Numbered from the stretch's first letter, positions 28,644 to 38,331 are shown. The stretch: 40,741 nucleotides of DNA from Pseudomonadota bacterium (GCA_034439715.1 JAWXAY010000063.1:1-40741), one strand, 5' to 3'. Translations and numbers: made by a program. Notes: generated by a model from the sequence alone, not told the origin.

Positions 28644-29159
28644 CTAATTTAATATCCCCAGCTGTTTTAAAAGTGCATCGATTTGGTCTTGAGAATTTTT
28701 GGGGGCAATCCCCTTATTTATAGCCACACTAGCTCGCAGACTTTCGTCAAACTTGGTAGCGACCCAACTTAGTCGATCTAAAAAGGTATTATTGAGTAAC
28801 CCTTTGACATCGACTTCTTTGTCGGTCTCTAAAAAAATTATCATGTCTCGTAACATTTCGGTTGCATCTAATAAAAGCGCCACTGAGATTGTAAAGAGTT
28901 GCTCTTCGGCCACCTGTGAACTTTTATAACCCACCAACTTACAAAGCTCTGCATACTTGCCAATTTTTTCGATAGGGTCGGGTTTTTCAACGATAAGTGC
29001 TAAATTCTTTGCACCGCCCATTATGCGATCGACCAGTTGACCGTAGTTTTCAAGCATAAAACGATGTACGTACTGGCCATCGACTTCTTCTAAAATTTCC
29101 ATCATTTCTTCAACTAACTTCTTGGACTCGGACTTAAAATCAACTACAATTTCATCCAT
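28644..29159 (-). CDS. Hpt/CheA-P1-like helical protein with Asp at the His position and a CheZ-like C-terminal peptide
   Basis: F-x2-E N-terminal helix, LVDRIMGGA, C-terminal SQDQIDALLKQLG. Confidence 0.65.
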   Translation of the reverse strand: MDEIVVDFKSESKKLVEEMMEILEEVDGQYVHRFMLENYGQLVDRIMGGAKNLALIVEKPDPIEKIGKYAELCKLVGYKSSQVAEEQLFTISVALLLDATEMLRDMIIFLETDKEVDVKGLLNNTFLDRLSWVATKFDESLRASVAINKGIAPKNSQDQIDALLKQLGILN

Positions 29160-29198
29160 ACGTAAATCAATTTTAACTGTCTGAGGAATAATAAATCA

Positions 29199-30131
29199 AT
29201 GGATTATCTCCCTGTCCGCGTTAGCACCTTGAGAGGTGATCAAAAAATTGATTTCGATGCTTATGTTTTGATAAATGATAAACACATACTCTACCTACGT
29301 CGGGGAGACAGTTTTGAGGGCGCTCGATTGAACCGACTTAAAGAAAAAAAACTTCGTAAATTGTATATCCTCAATACTGATGAAAAACTTTATCGCGATT
29401 ATATGAATAGAAATCTTGATATTGCCTATAATAGTAAATCTAACAAGACTCTCGAAGATCGCTCGCAAATTGTTCAGGGCCTACAACAAAACAGCGCTGA
29501 GGAAGTCATGGAAACCCCTCATAGCGAGACTTCGTACAAATACGCCAAAGAGGGCGCCGCGAAATACGTCGATTTTCTTTTGAAAGAAGACCAGGCTCTA
29601 AAGTCTATTTTATCAATCGAAAACACAGATCAGAGCATCGCCCATCACGGCGTGACTGTTTCAACATATGCCGTCGCTCTCGCCAGTAGACTCGAAATTA
29701 CCGACCCTAAGTTAACCCAGATGCTTAGCTTAGGCGCCCTTTTACATGATTTTGCCATCTTTAAATCTGAACTCAAAGTCAATCGACCAATTGTTGAGTT
29801 AAATCCTGAGGAACAGAAAGAGTATTACAATCACCCACTAAGTGGGTCTACTTTAGTCAAAGATTTAAAGCACTTTGATCGCCCGGTTATAAATATAATC
29901 TTAGAACATGAAGAATTTATTAATGGCTCGGGCTTTCCCAAAAAATTACGCGAGTCCCAGGTTGACCCGCTCTCTGTGATAGTAAGTACGGCTAACTCTT
30001 TAGATCGATTAATTACCTTTGAAAAAAATTCGGCAAAAAACGCAGCCAAAAAACTGATGATTGAACAGGTCGGCCGCCATCCTTTGAAACACATTCAAAT
30101 TTTACAAAAAATAGTACAAGAAAATTATTGA
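29199..30131 (+). CDS. Atypical HD-GYP domain protein, Bd1817-like
   Basis: HHG, LLHD, HP, HEEFINGSGFP, ANSLDR; N-terminus RVSTLRGDQKIDF matches my recollection of Bd1817. Confidence 0.8.
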   Translation: MDYLPVRVSTLRGDQKIDFDAYVLINDKHILYLRRGDSFEGARLNRLKEKKLRKLYILNTDEKLYRDYMNRNLDIAYNSKSNKTLEDRSQIVQGLQQNSAEEVMETPHSETSYKYAKEGAAKYVDFLLKEDQALKSILSIENTDQSIAHHGVTVSTYAVALASRLEITDPKLTQMLSLGALLHDFAIFKSELKVNRPIVELNPEEQKEYYNHPLSGSTLVKDLKHFDRPVINIILEHEEFINGSGFPKKLRESQVDPLSVIVSTANSLDRLITFEKNSAKNAAKKLMIEQVGRHPLKHIQILQKIVQENY

Positions 30132-30595
30132 GCCTGTTGGGAATTAAGTGCCGCAAAATAACTATTGATTTTTTTATATCTGCCTTCGAGAATTTTCATT
30201 AAGTCATTAGGAAAAAATAAATCGTCAATCAAGTAACCCAATAACCCAAACGGAAGCTTATAGGATACAAAATCTGTAAGAAGTGTCTTTCCGCCGCCAT
30301 GATCACTAAACCGCACGGTATGCCTATAGGAATTGAAAAGTCCTAAAGTTTGCTTAATTTCAATTTTCTCAGAGGGAATCAGTTCTTCTATTTTGATTTT
30401 GCAGCGCCTATTTATTCCAAACCTGCCTAAAAATAATTCAATTTCTTCACCCTTATTTAATTCTTCTACTAAGGACACCATCTCAATGTCTACATTATCA
30501 GCAACAAAACTCATAAGTTTAGCTATACTCTTGTGAACAGCAAAAACCTGATCAACAGGAGCAGAAATCACCATGGAATTTTGAACTTGCCCCAT
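30125..30595 (-). CDS. SRPBCC/polyketide cyclase-like protein
   Basis: ISAPVDQVF...Q-x2-G-x-F-x3-H...D-x-V-x-Y-x-LPFG. Confidence 0.8.
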   Translation of the reverse strand: MGQVQNSMVISAPVDQVFAVHKSIAKLMSFVADNVDIEMVSLVEELNKGEEIELFLGRFGINRRCKIKIEELIPSEKIEIKQTLGLFNSYRHTVRFSDHGGGKTLLTDFVSYKLPFGLLGYLIDDLFFPNDLMKILEGRYKKINSYFAALNSQQAQ

Positions 30596-30683
30596 AAAAA
30601 ACCTCTATCGCGCCGCGTGAACAACCTATATTTTAAAGAGTTTTTTTTGACGAGGCAAGTAAAGTTCTCTATTAACAAACCCA

Positions 30684-31298
30684 ATGCGAATTATTGTTGC
30701 ACTGTTTTTAACCACTGGATTTTTTTCACAATCGGTTGCTTCTCCTATTTACGGGCTATTAAGGGCCGCCGACGAAAAATTCTTTATTGTTCAAGAAAAA
30801 CAAATATTTGAAATTACTTCTAATTCTGTGGAGGTTGATCGTGACCTGGCCCGTCTATCTTCTGGCGACTTTGTGGCCCTCGAAGGTTACTTCAATGTCA
30901 GCCAAAGAAAAGTTTTTGTAAATTCGGTCGACTGGGTTGGTTTAAAAAGGATTCTTGGTTCTTGGAAGACTTCTGATAAAAAGGTTGTTGAGTTTCAAGA
31001 TTTCACAGTTCTTATGTTACACAATTATGAGCATAGCACTTTTCCAATCAATCAGGTCAATACTTCGCGAAACCGCACGCAACCAATTCCTATGAGCTAC
31101 CGAATGGCTCCGGGCGTTGGAAGCAGTTGGACTCTTTTTCTGAGTGATGGTAAAAAACTTCATATGGGACGTGTGAATTTATCTGGCCATAACCTCGCTA
31201 TTACTTTTTTTAATATAGATACTGGTAAAATTATAAAGACCCTCAAACTCTCTAGACAGTCGTCTCCTTTTGCTTTTCTGCTGGATGAACACCTCTAA
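30684..31298 (+). CDS. Hypothetical exported protein
   Basis: Signal peptide, 204-aa ORF, overlaps the next gene. Confidence 0.7.
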   Translation: MRIIVALFLTTGFFSQSVASPIYGLLRAADEKFFIVQEKQIFEITSNSVEVDRDLARLSSGDFVALEGYFNVSQRKVFVNSVDWVGLKRILGSWKTSDKKVVEFQDFTVLMLHNYEHSTFPINQVNTSRNRTQPIPMSYRMAPGVGSSWTLFLSDGKKLHMGRVNLSGHNLAITFFNIDTGKIIKTLKLSRQSSPFAFLLDEHL

Positions 31299-32409
31299 GT
31301 TAATTGCAGCTATCTTCTCTCAGAGCACTGCTCCTTTCCGCGAAGGGTATGTCCTCTGCAAAATTTCTGAAATTCTAACCGCAAATCAGATTCCTTATTT
31401 CAAAGACTCGGTCGGCAATATCATTGCGGGAGTCAAAACCCCGAAAGAACTTAAGCACAAAAAAATTGGCTTTTTGGCACACACGGACCACCCCGGATTT
31501 CATATCACTCGGAGGCTGTCTCAACGAGACTATGAAGCTGTGTGGTATGGCGGCGCCCCATTTGATAAAATGAAAGGTGCCAAGCTGCGAATATACGACC
31601 CCGTCAATCCCCAGTTATCGTATCAAGCCAAAGTCTTAAGTTTTCCCAAGGTCGATTACACCAGAGCTGGAATGGAGTTTACTTTGCGACTCAATTTGAT
31701 TCCTGCAAAAGGCCAACGTCTTGATTCCAATTATTTTGGGGCCTTTGATTTTTTGGGATACAAGATGAAAAAAACTCTTATTGAAACTCGAGTAGCCGAT
31801 GATTTAGCCGGGGTCGTCATTATATTAGGCATGCTCATTGATATTAAAAAAAAATCGGGTGAATTACCCATTGGCATTTTTACTCGGGCCGAAGAGGTTG
31901 GCTATATTGGCTGTTGGGCGCTGTTAAGCAGTGGAATTTTACCAAAGTCACTTCAGGTGGTATCACTTGAAGCTTCACGAACCCTTCCTGGTGCTGAAAT
32001 AGGTAAGGGTCCCGTACTCAGACTGGGAGACGCCTCAACTCTATTTGATTCTGAGCTTTCCATCGAACTTTGGAATGTCGCAAAAGATTTGGCCAAAATT
32101 AAAAAGTCGTTTTCGTTTCAACGCCGAATTATGGATGGTGGCAGTTGCGAAGCCACGGCGCTTGATCTTTTTAACTATAAGGCAACTGGCATCGCTGTAC
32201 CTCTGGGCAACTACCACAATCAAGGACCAAGTGGCCCGGCCCCTGAGATAGTAGATATTCACGATGTCGAAAAAGCGCGTACCGTTTGCACCCACTTTGC
32301 GATACACATGATAAGTGGTAAGAAATTAAAAAAGGCGGAAAGAAAATCCCGTTTACACAAAAATTATGTAACGCTTAAAAAGTTGCTTATGACTGGAAAA
32401 AAATCGTGA
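31285..32409 (+). CDS. M42/M28-like zinc peptidase
   Basis: GN, AHTD, ADD, AEEVG, GSCE, NYH; ATG 31285. Confidence 0.8.
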   Translation: MNTSKLIAAIFSQSTAPFREGYVLCKISEILTANQIPYFKDSVGNIIAGVKTPKELKHKKIGFLAHTDHPGFHITRRLSQRDYEAVWYGGAPFDKMKGAKLRIYDPVNPQLSYQAKVLSFPKVDYTRAGMEFTLRLNLIPAKGQRLDSNYFGAFDFLGYKMKKTLIETRVADDLAGVVIILGMLIDIKKKSGELPIGIFTRAEEVGYIGCWALLSSGILPKSLQVVSLEASRTLPGAEIGKGPVLRLGDASTLFDSELSIELWNVAKDLAKIKKSFSFQRRIMDGGSCEATALDLFNYKATGIAVPLGNYHNQGPSGPAPEIVDIHDVEKARTVCTHFAIHMISGKKLKKAERKSRLHKNYVTLKKLLMTGKKS

Positions 32410-33401
32410 TCACAGAAGAAGTTAATAAAAAATACGTCTATTCCTCTGGTGCCATTGATGATCCCCGACTGGGTAATTTATTAAGGATTGCGCCGTCTTT
32501 TGAAAATGAGAAATCAATTAATGAATTTCTTCAAAAAGAAAATCCTTCGACAGTTTTTTTTGGTTACCCAGATGACCATGGAATTAAAATAAATAACGGC
32601 CGAGTTGGCGCAGCATTGGGTCCCGATCACGTTCGCTCGCTGCTGTACAAAATGTCCCCTGCTTTAAACTTTAGTGCCCCAACTTCTTTACTAGATCTTG
32701 GCAATTTAGCGGTAAATAAAATTCCTTTTGAGAAGAGACATGCCACCGGGAGCGAGATTGCGCTCATGGCCTTAAGGCAAAAGCACCGCTGGATGGGTGT
32801 TGGCGGCGGTCACGATTATGGTTTTTCGGAAGGTAGAGCGCTCATCGAATTCTCCAAGGCGGAAAAAAAAGGCAAGCCATTGATCATTAATTTTGATGCC
32901 CATCTGGATGTACGTTCCACCGACCAAGGATTTAATAGTGGAACTCCCTTTTACCGTTTGCTTCACGATTATAAAAATGAATTCGACTTTGCAGAAATCG
33001 CTGTTCAACCTCAGTGTAACAGCCAGAAACATTTGGATTGGGTTAGATCCCAAGGTGCCAAAGTCATTCTACTTGAAGAGATTATGGATTCTGATCGACC
33101 CTTAGATATATATATTAAGAGTGTCCTCGACAGTTGGATATCCCAAGAACGGCTCACCTACTTGAGTATTGACATCGATGCTTTCTCGTCGAGTGTCGCT
33201 ATGGGTGCCAGCCAATCCTGGCCCACCGGACTCCTACCGCATCAGTTCTTTAATACGTTTAGAGACCTCATAGACATTTTAGATGTCCGAGTACTGGGCG
33301 TTTATGAAGTCTCACCTCCCCTTGATTCTTGTGAACTGACCTCAAAACTTGCCGCCCAAATTATTCATCAATTTATTTATGGTAAAAAATTCGACAAATG
33401 A
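32406..33401 (+). CDS. hutG: Formimidoylglutamase (arginase family)
   Basis: NNGRVGA-x2-GP, GGGHD, DAHLD, SGTPF, SIDID, EVSP. Confidence 0.85.
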   Translation: MITEEVNKKYVYSSGAIDDPRLGNLLRIAPSFENEKSINEFLQKENPSTVFFGYPDDHGIKINNGRVGAALGPDHVRSLLYKMSPALNFSAPTSLLDLGNLAVNKIPFEKRHATGSEIALMALRQKHRWMGVGGGHDYGFSEGRALIEFSKAEKKGKPLIINFDAHLDVRSTDQGFNSGTPFYRLLHDYKNEFDFAEIAVQPQCNSQKHLDWVRSQGAKVILLEEIMDSDRPLDIYIKSVLDSWISQERLTYLSIDIDAFSSSVAMGASQSWPTGLLPHQFFNTFRDLIDILDVRVLGVYEVSPPLDSCELTSKLAAQIIHQFIYGKKFDK

Positions 33402-34441
33402 CTTTAGATTTTCAAATTAAAAAAGGTTTTGGCAGTGACAATCATTGTGGAGCGCATCCAAAAATTGCTCAGGCAATAATTGACTGCAATAAAGGACATG
33501 TGCCCAGCTATGGGACCGATGAACTTTGCGAACGTGCTATTGAAGTTTTTAAAAAAAACTTCGGTACTCGCACCCAAGTCTACTTTGTGTTTAACGGAAG
33601 TGCGGCCAATACGCTAAGTCTCAAAGCTCTCACTCAATCCTTTAATTCAGTGTTTTGCTCAGACGTATCCCATATTTACAACGACGAATGTGGGGCTCCT
33701 GAAATGATTGGTCACTGTAAACTGATACCTCTTGCGAGTCAAAATGGTAAAATTAATTTAAAGACCATTACGGAGCAATATGTGCGTTTGGGCGACCAAC
33801 ACTCTACCCAACCTAAAGTGATCTCTTTGACTCAACCCACAGAGGTAGGAACAGTCTATTCTTTAAAAGAGATCAAAGAGATTTGTGATTTCGCCCACTC
33901 AAAAAATATGTATGTCCATGTCGATGGCGCCAGACTCCCCAATGCGGCTGTCACGCTCAACTGTACCTTTAAAGAGCTCACCACGGATCTGGGAGTGGAT
34001 GTGATTTCGTTTGGTGGTACCAAAAACGGACTAGTATTTGGCGAGGCGGTTTTATTTTTGATGCCGCAGCTCGCGCAGAATTTTCAATACATCAGAAAAC
34101 AATGTTTGCAACTTCCTTCTAAATCCCGATTTGTAGCAGCCCAGTTTTTGGCGCTCTTTGAAAAAGAACTTTGGCGGGACAACGCAACTTATGTTACGAA
34201 GTTGGCGCAAAGTCTTTATCAAGAGGTCAAAGATATCAAATCCATAGAGGTGACGGAGCCGGTTCAGTCTAATGCCGTATTTATAAAGATGCCAAAAGAA
34301 TATGTGAAAATACTTCGCGACAAATACTTTTTTTATGTGTGGGATGAAAAAACTTTCGAATGTCGGATCATGATGAGTTTTGATAATACCATTGAAGAAA
34401 TAAAAGATTTTGCTCGCTTAATAAGAGAGCTCGAATTATAG
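33398..34441 (+). CDS. ltaE: Low-specificity L-threonine aldolase
   Basis: SDN, YG-x-D, DECGAPE, TEVGTVY, DGAR, GGTKNG. Confidence 0.88.
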   Translation: MTLDFQIKKGFGSDNHCGAHPKIAQAIIDCNKGHVPSYGTDELCERAIEVFKKNFGTRTQVYFVFNGSAANTLSLKALTQSFNSVFCSDVSHIYNDECGAPEMIGHCKLIPLASQNGKINLKTITEQYVRLGDQHSTQPKVISLTQPTEVGTVYSLKEIKEICDFAHSKNMYVHVDGARLPNAAVTLNCTFKELTTDLGVDVISFGGTKNGLVFGEAVLFLMPQLAQNFQYIRKQCLQLPSKSRFVAAQFLALFEKELWRDNATYVTKLAQSLYQEVKDIKSIEVTEPVQSNAVFIKMPKEYVKILRDKYFFYVWDEKTFECRIMMSFDNTIEEIKDFARLIRELEL

Positions 34442-34452
34442 GTATAGATTCT

Positions 34453-35541
34453 ATGCAGAGCAAACCTTTTCCACAAATTCATTATCAAGATTACTTATGT
34501 TTGGAGCAAATTACAAATGCCCAAAAGCCAAAAAGTGTAGAGTATGGAAATCCAGTCCATGACGAAACACTTTTTATAATTGTACACCAGGTTTATGAGC
34601 TTTGGTTTAAGCAGATACTTACCGAGGTTGATTCACTATTAGCCGTGTTTTCGCAGCAGACCGTTAACGAATCTGATCTTGCTGTTTGTGTGTCACGTCT
34701 CGATCGAGTGATTCAAATCCAGGATCTCTTGTTTCGGCAAATACCAGTACTTGAAACAATGACTCCCATGGATTTCTTAGAATTTCGCGATTACTTATTT
34801 CCGTCGTCTGGTTTTCAAAGCTTTCAAAATAGACTGATAGAAAACAAACTGGGCCTACGACAGGAACATCGTGTTGAGTTGGGCAATGCTCCTTACAAAG
34901 AATATTTAACGGCCGAGCAAAAAAGGCAAATTACCGAAGTTGAAAGTCAGCTAAGCATTTTTGATCTTGTCGAGCGCTGGCTAGAGCGCACTCCATTTTT
35001 GGAGTCAAATGGTTTTAATTTTTGGGCGAGCTATAAAAAAGCCATTGAGTCTTTTTTTGATAGTGAACGCGAAGCACTTAAAAAGAACACGTTTTTATCC
35101 CCTGAACAGATTAATAAAAATTTAGCAACAATCGATAGTAATTTGGAATCATTTAATTCCATCTTGGACAAAGAGAAGTATCAGAAACTGAAGGAGCAAG
35201 GCCATTGGCGTTTTGGACTTAAAGCACTTCAGGCTTCGCTATTTATATTTTTATATCGTGACCAGCCAGCCATTCATTTGCCATTTCGGCTTTTGACAAA
35301 TTTAACTCAGATCGATGAGAACTTTACGACTTGGCGCCATCGCCATGCACTTTTAGCACATAGAATGCTCGGCAAAAAAATGGGCACAGGGGGATCTAGT
35401 GGCCATGAATATCTAGTTCAGGCTGCCGCTCAACACAAAATCTTTACTGATTTTTTTAATCTAACAACTTTTTTTATCCCAAAATCCATTAGGCCGGTGT
35501 TACCACCGGGCCTAATAAAAAAGCTGCAATTTAACTACTAG
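34453..35541 (+). CDS. kynA: Tryptophan 2,3-dioxygenase (long form)
   Basis: Y-x-DYL, HDETLFIIVHQVYELWFKQ, SGFQS, GTGGSSG. Confidence 0.93.
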   Translation: MQSKPFPQIHYQDYLCLEQITNAQKPKSVEYGNPVHDETLFIIVHQVYELWFKQILTEVDSLLAVFSQQTVNESDLAVCVSRLDRVIQIQDLLFRQIPVLETMTPMDFLEFRDYLFPSSGFQSFQNRLIENKLGLRQEHRVELGNAPYKEYLTAEQKRQITEVESQLSIFDLVERWLERTPFLESNGFNFWASYKKAIESFFDSEREALKKNTFLSPEQINKNLATIDSNLESFNSILDKEKYQKLKEQGHWRFGLKALQASLFIFLYRDQPAIHLPFRLLTNLTQIDENFTTWRHRHALLAHRMLGKKMGTGGSSGHEYLVQAAAQHKIFTDFFNLTTFFIPKSIRPVLPPGLIKKLQFNY

Positions 35542-36245
35542 CGAATCGTGACTCTAAACGTGGCCTCACAGCCATTATTGACCCAAATAGAGGCCTGGCT
35601 GTTGTAAGGAGTATTCCAGCCCCAATCTCTGCCGTAAATACACGAGGCATATGAATGCACTTGCAAAACTCGCGCTGTAATGACGTGTCCGGCTACAAAA
35701 CAGGTATTATAATTAAAATAGGAACTAGCACAGTAAACCGAAACCTCTTGCCCATTGCCGGGACCTGGTCGTGGAATCGGACGTGGGCCTGGTACAGGGC
35801 GCGGTTGGCGCTGAGTGATAGATAAAACCACACGCCGAACCATTACATTGCCGGTAATAATAATTTGCCAAGGCCCCTGAGATGTTCTCTGATCATTATT
35901 AAAGGTGTTCGTACTGTAGGACCATTCGCTTTGATCATACCAATCTCTAGGGTTGCCATAAATCGCCTGATCACCTGATTGAACACTACCGACTAAAAGC
36001 GAAGCGCTTGCTCTACCATGGCGAGATTTTGCCACTAACTGAATCGATAAAAGTTCGGCAAACTGAAGATTCACGTATGGATGCTGCCTCTGGATTTCTT
36101 CTTTAAGTCTAAGTTCCTCTTGACCGCCAATTTCGCGATCGTAGAAGTCTAACGTTATTTCTTGGGTGCCACCCCATTGAGCCTGGGTCACCTGGCAAAA
36201 TGCCGAAACTGCAAAACATGCCAAAATGGTATTCAATATTTTCAT
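35538..36245 (-). CDS. Secreted protein: beta-rich domain, Pro-rich linker and DUF3011-like domain
   Basis: Signal peptide; PRPVPGPRPIPRPGPG; C-x-S...C...Q-x2-S...C-x2-G-x2-WG...IWVNNGCEATF. Confidence 0.75.
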   Translation of the reverse strand: MKILNTILACFAVSAFCQVTQAQWGGTQEITLDFYDREIGGQEELRLKEEIQRQHPYVNLQFAELLSIQLVAKSRHGRASASLLVGSVQSGDQAIYGNPRDWYDQSEWSYSTNTFNNDQRTSQGPWQIIITGNVMVRRVVLSITQRQPRPVPGPRPIPRPGPGNGQEVSVYCASSYFNYNTCFVAGHVITARVLQVHSYASCIYGRDWGWNTPYNSQASIWVNNGCEATFRVTIR

Positions 36246-36294
36246 ATTTCATCCTTTATTGTTCGGTTAAAAAAATAACGCTGCAATTGAGCAT

Positions 36295-36310
36295 TGCACA
36301 TGGAGTGCCA
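36295..36310 (-). promoter_or_regulatory. Sigma54 promoter
   Basis: TGGCAC-TCCAT-GTGCA with GG-N10-GC spacing, 50 nt upstream of ATG 36245. Confidence 0.65.
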
Positions 36311-36415
36311 ATGCATAATTTACGTCATCACGAATTTAAACCCGCTAGAAGAATGTTAGAAGAACGAATGTGCCACCCGAACGGTTAAAGTTATAATTAT
36401 TCGGGAAAAAATTGC

Positions 36416-37069
36416 CTATCTGGTTTCATTTTGCAACCACTGTAAATCCCACAAAACCGCCCTAACCGGCGAAGCATCTCCTCCTTTTATTGCAAGAGGC
36501 AGTGCACATAAAAAATATTTTCCGTCAGGTACTTTTGTTAAGGTTAAGCCCTCCAACACCGCCATATCGTTTTTATGTATTGCTTTGTGAGCAGGCAAAT
36601 CTTTTGAATCAGAAGGATCAATCGAGGGAGTATCTATACCGACAAGTCGTACACCCTTGCCGTATAAAAATTCTATCAGCTCAACCGAAAGTCCTTTAAA
36701 ATTTGAATTCCAATTTTGAGGGTTCGGAAAGGAATTGGTTTTAAGCAACACTCTGGGGGCGCTAATAATAGGAGTGGCGAGATCGTTAAGCTCAACACGA
36801 TTTGTTCCTGAATCTCTAGCCCAGATTACTTGCGCCGCTCCAAAATAAATCTTAAGTGAGCGCTGTTCAATGGATTCGCCTTTGATGTGGTAATGCGAAG
36901 GCGCATCGGCATGAGCGCCAATGTGAAGAGTTGTTTCGATTGCTGAGAGTGTCAAGTGATCACCTTTTTGAATGTCTAGTGAAGTCATTCGCCGGAACGG
37001 CACATCCCCGGGAAAAACCGCAATTTCAGAACTAATTTGAGGAGATATATCGAAATATTCCAACAGCAC
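36416..37069 (-). CDS. kynB: Cyclase-family kynurenine formamidase
   Basis: FPGD, HIGAHADAPSH, GIDTPSID, ASPVRAVL; GTG 37069 or TTG 37063 after AAGGA; kynA nearby. Confidence 0.8.
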   Translation of the reverse strand: MLLEYFDISPQISSEIAVFPGDVPFRRMTSLDIQKGDHLTLSAIETTLHIGAHADAPSHYHIKGESIEQRSLKIYFGAAQVIWARDSGTNRVELNDLATPIISAPRVLLKTNSFPNPQNWNSNFKGLSVELIEFLYGKGVRLVGIDTPSIDPSDSKDLPAHKAIHKNDMAVLEGLTLTKVPDGKYFLCALPLAIKGGDASPVRAVLWDLQWLQNETR

Positions 37070-37126
37070 AATTCCTTTTTTGGTCCTTTTTTGGCCAATT
37101 TTTTCTGGAAAGACTAACCTAAAAAT

Positions 37127-37155
37127 TTGACAGGGTCCACACTTCTGGGTAGTCT
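37127..37155 (+). promoter_or_regulatory. Sigma70 promoter for the desaturase
   Basis: TTGACA-N17-TAGTCT. Confidence 0.6.
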
Positions 37156-37217
37156 TTGTTACTACAAATGAGTCAATATTGAGCACAGAAAATACAGAGA
37201 TTACAGAAAATATAGTC

Positions 37218-38288
37218 ATGAACTCTCACAATCCCGATGGATTGGTCTTACCTGTTACTGACACTCACGGGGAACTAAAACCCATTAGCCATTACGCCCA
37301 GGAACTTAAAAAATCATTGCCCCGAACTATTTTTGAACCCTATACCGCTCGAATTTTGTGGTTATGTGGTTATGCTTTGATTGGAGTTACAGCTCTCACC
37401 GTAATATCCCAAATACCCATGCCTTGGCCTTTCAAATTATTTTTGGCCATTTTAGCGGGGAATTGTTTCGGTGGCATGGCGTTTTTTGCACACGAACTTT
37501 TACATGGCAGTGTTATCAGAAATAGAATGGCTCAAGATGTCCTAGGTTTCATTGCTTTTATCACCTTTTTTATCTCCCCAACTTTTTGGAGAGTTTGGCA
37601 TAATCAGCTACACCATGGACATACCCAAGCCATTATTACCGATCCCGACGCTTTTCCACCTTTGAGAATTTATAAGCATAGTCGCTTTATGCAGTTTATG
37701 TTCCCTTTCACGCCTGGCTCAGGACATTTACGCAGTTATAGTTACTTCTTTTTTTGGTTTTCATTTCATATTTTGACAGCACAGACCTATTTAAGATTTA
37801 GAAATTCGGTTTATAAAAACTTGAACCACACTAGGGTGACTCTAGAAATGATTGGCCAAATATCTATTTGGGGACTTTTTCTTTATTGGTTAGGACCCCA
37901 TCTATTATTTTGGACATTTGTAATACCATTTATGACCCAGAACTATTTTGCCATGAGCTACATCGCCACTAATCATAATTTAAGTCCACTAACTAAAGTG
38001 AATGACCCATTGATAAATTCGCTGTCAGTGACCAATCATCCGATTTTGGAGTGGTTTCATTTAAATTTTGGTTACCATGTGGAACACCATATTTTCCCCG
38101 CGGTAAATGGGATTCACGCTAAAAAATTACATGCTCTTTTAAAAGAAAACTTTCCTGGCAGGTATCAGGTAATGAATAAACTGAAAGCTATTAAAGGTCT
38201 TTATAATACCAGTCGAATTTACGCGAACGCCAATACTCTCATTAATCCAGAGACTAAACAGACATATTCGACGATTCAGCCACAGTAA
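37218..38288 (+). CDS. Membrane fatty acid desaturase family protein
   Basis: Three His boxes HELLH, HNQLHH and HVEHH; start may be 37179. Confidence 0.9.
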   Translation: MNSHNPDGLVLPVTDTHGELKPISHYAQELKKSLPRTIFEPYTARILWLCGYALIGVTALTVISQIPMPWPFKLFLAILAGNCFGGMAFFAHELLHGSVIRNRMAQDVLGFIAFITFFISPTFWRVWHNQLHHGHTQAIITDPDAFPPLRIYKHSRFMQFMFPFTPGSGHLRSYSYFFFWFSFHILTAQTYLRFRNSVYKNLNHTRVTLEMIGQISIWGLFLYWLGPHLLFWTFVIPFMTQNYFAMSYIATNHNLSPLTKVNDPLINSLSVTNHPILEWFHLNFGYHVEHHIFPAVNGIHAKKLHALLKENFPGRYQVMNKLKAIKGLYNTSRIYANANTLINPETKQTYSTIQPQ

Positions 38289-38331
38289 AACTTGCCTGAA
38301 TGCGCCAGAATAGCTATACCTTTGGGCAGAT

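Noticed and set aside
36200..36388. 62-aa plus-strand ORF
   Set aside because: Overlaps the DUF3011-like gene start and its promoter; no RBS or motif
37070..37219. N-terminal extension of the kynB ORF
   Set aside because: Spans the divergent promoter region; the RBS and cyclase homology start near 37069
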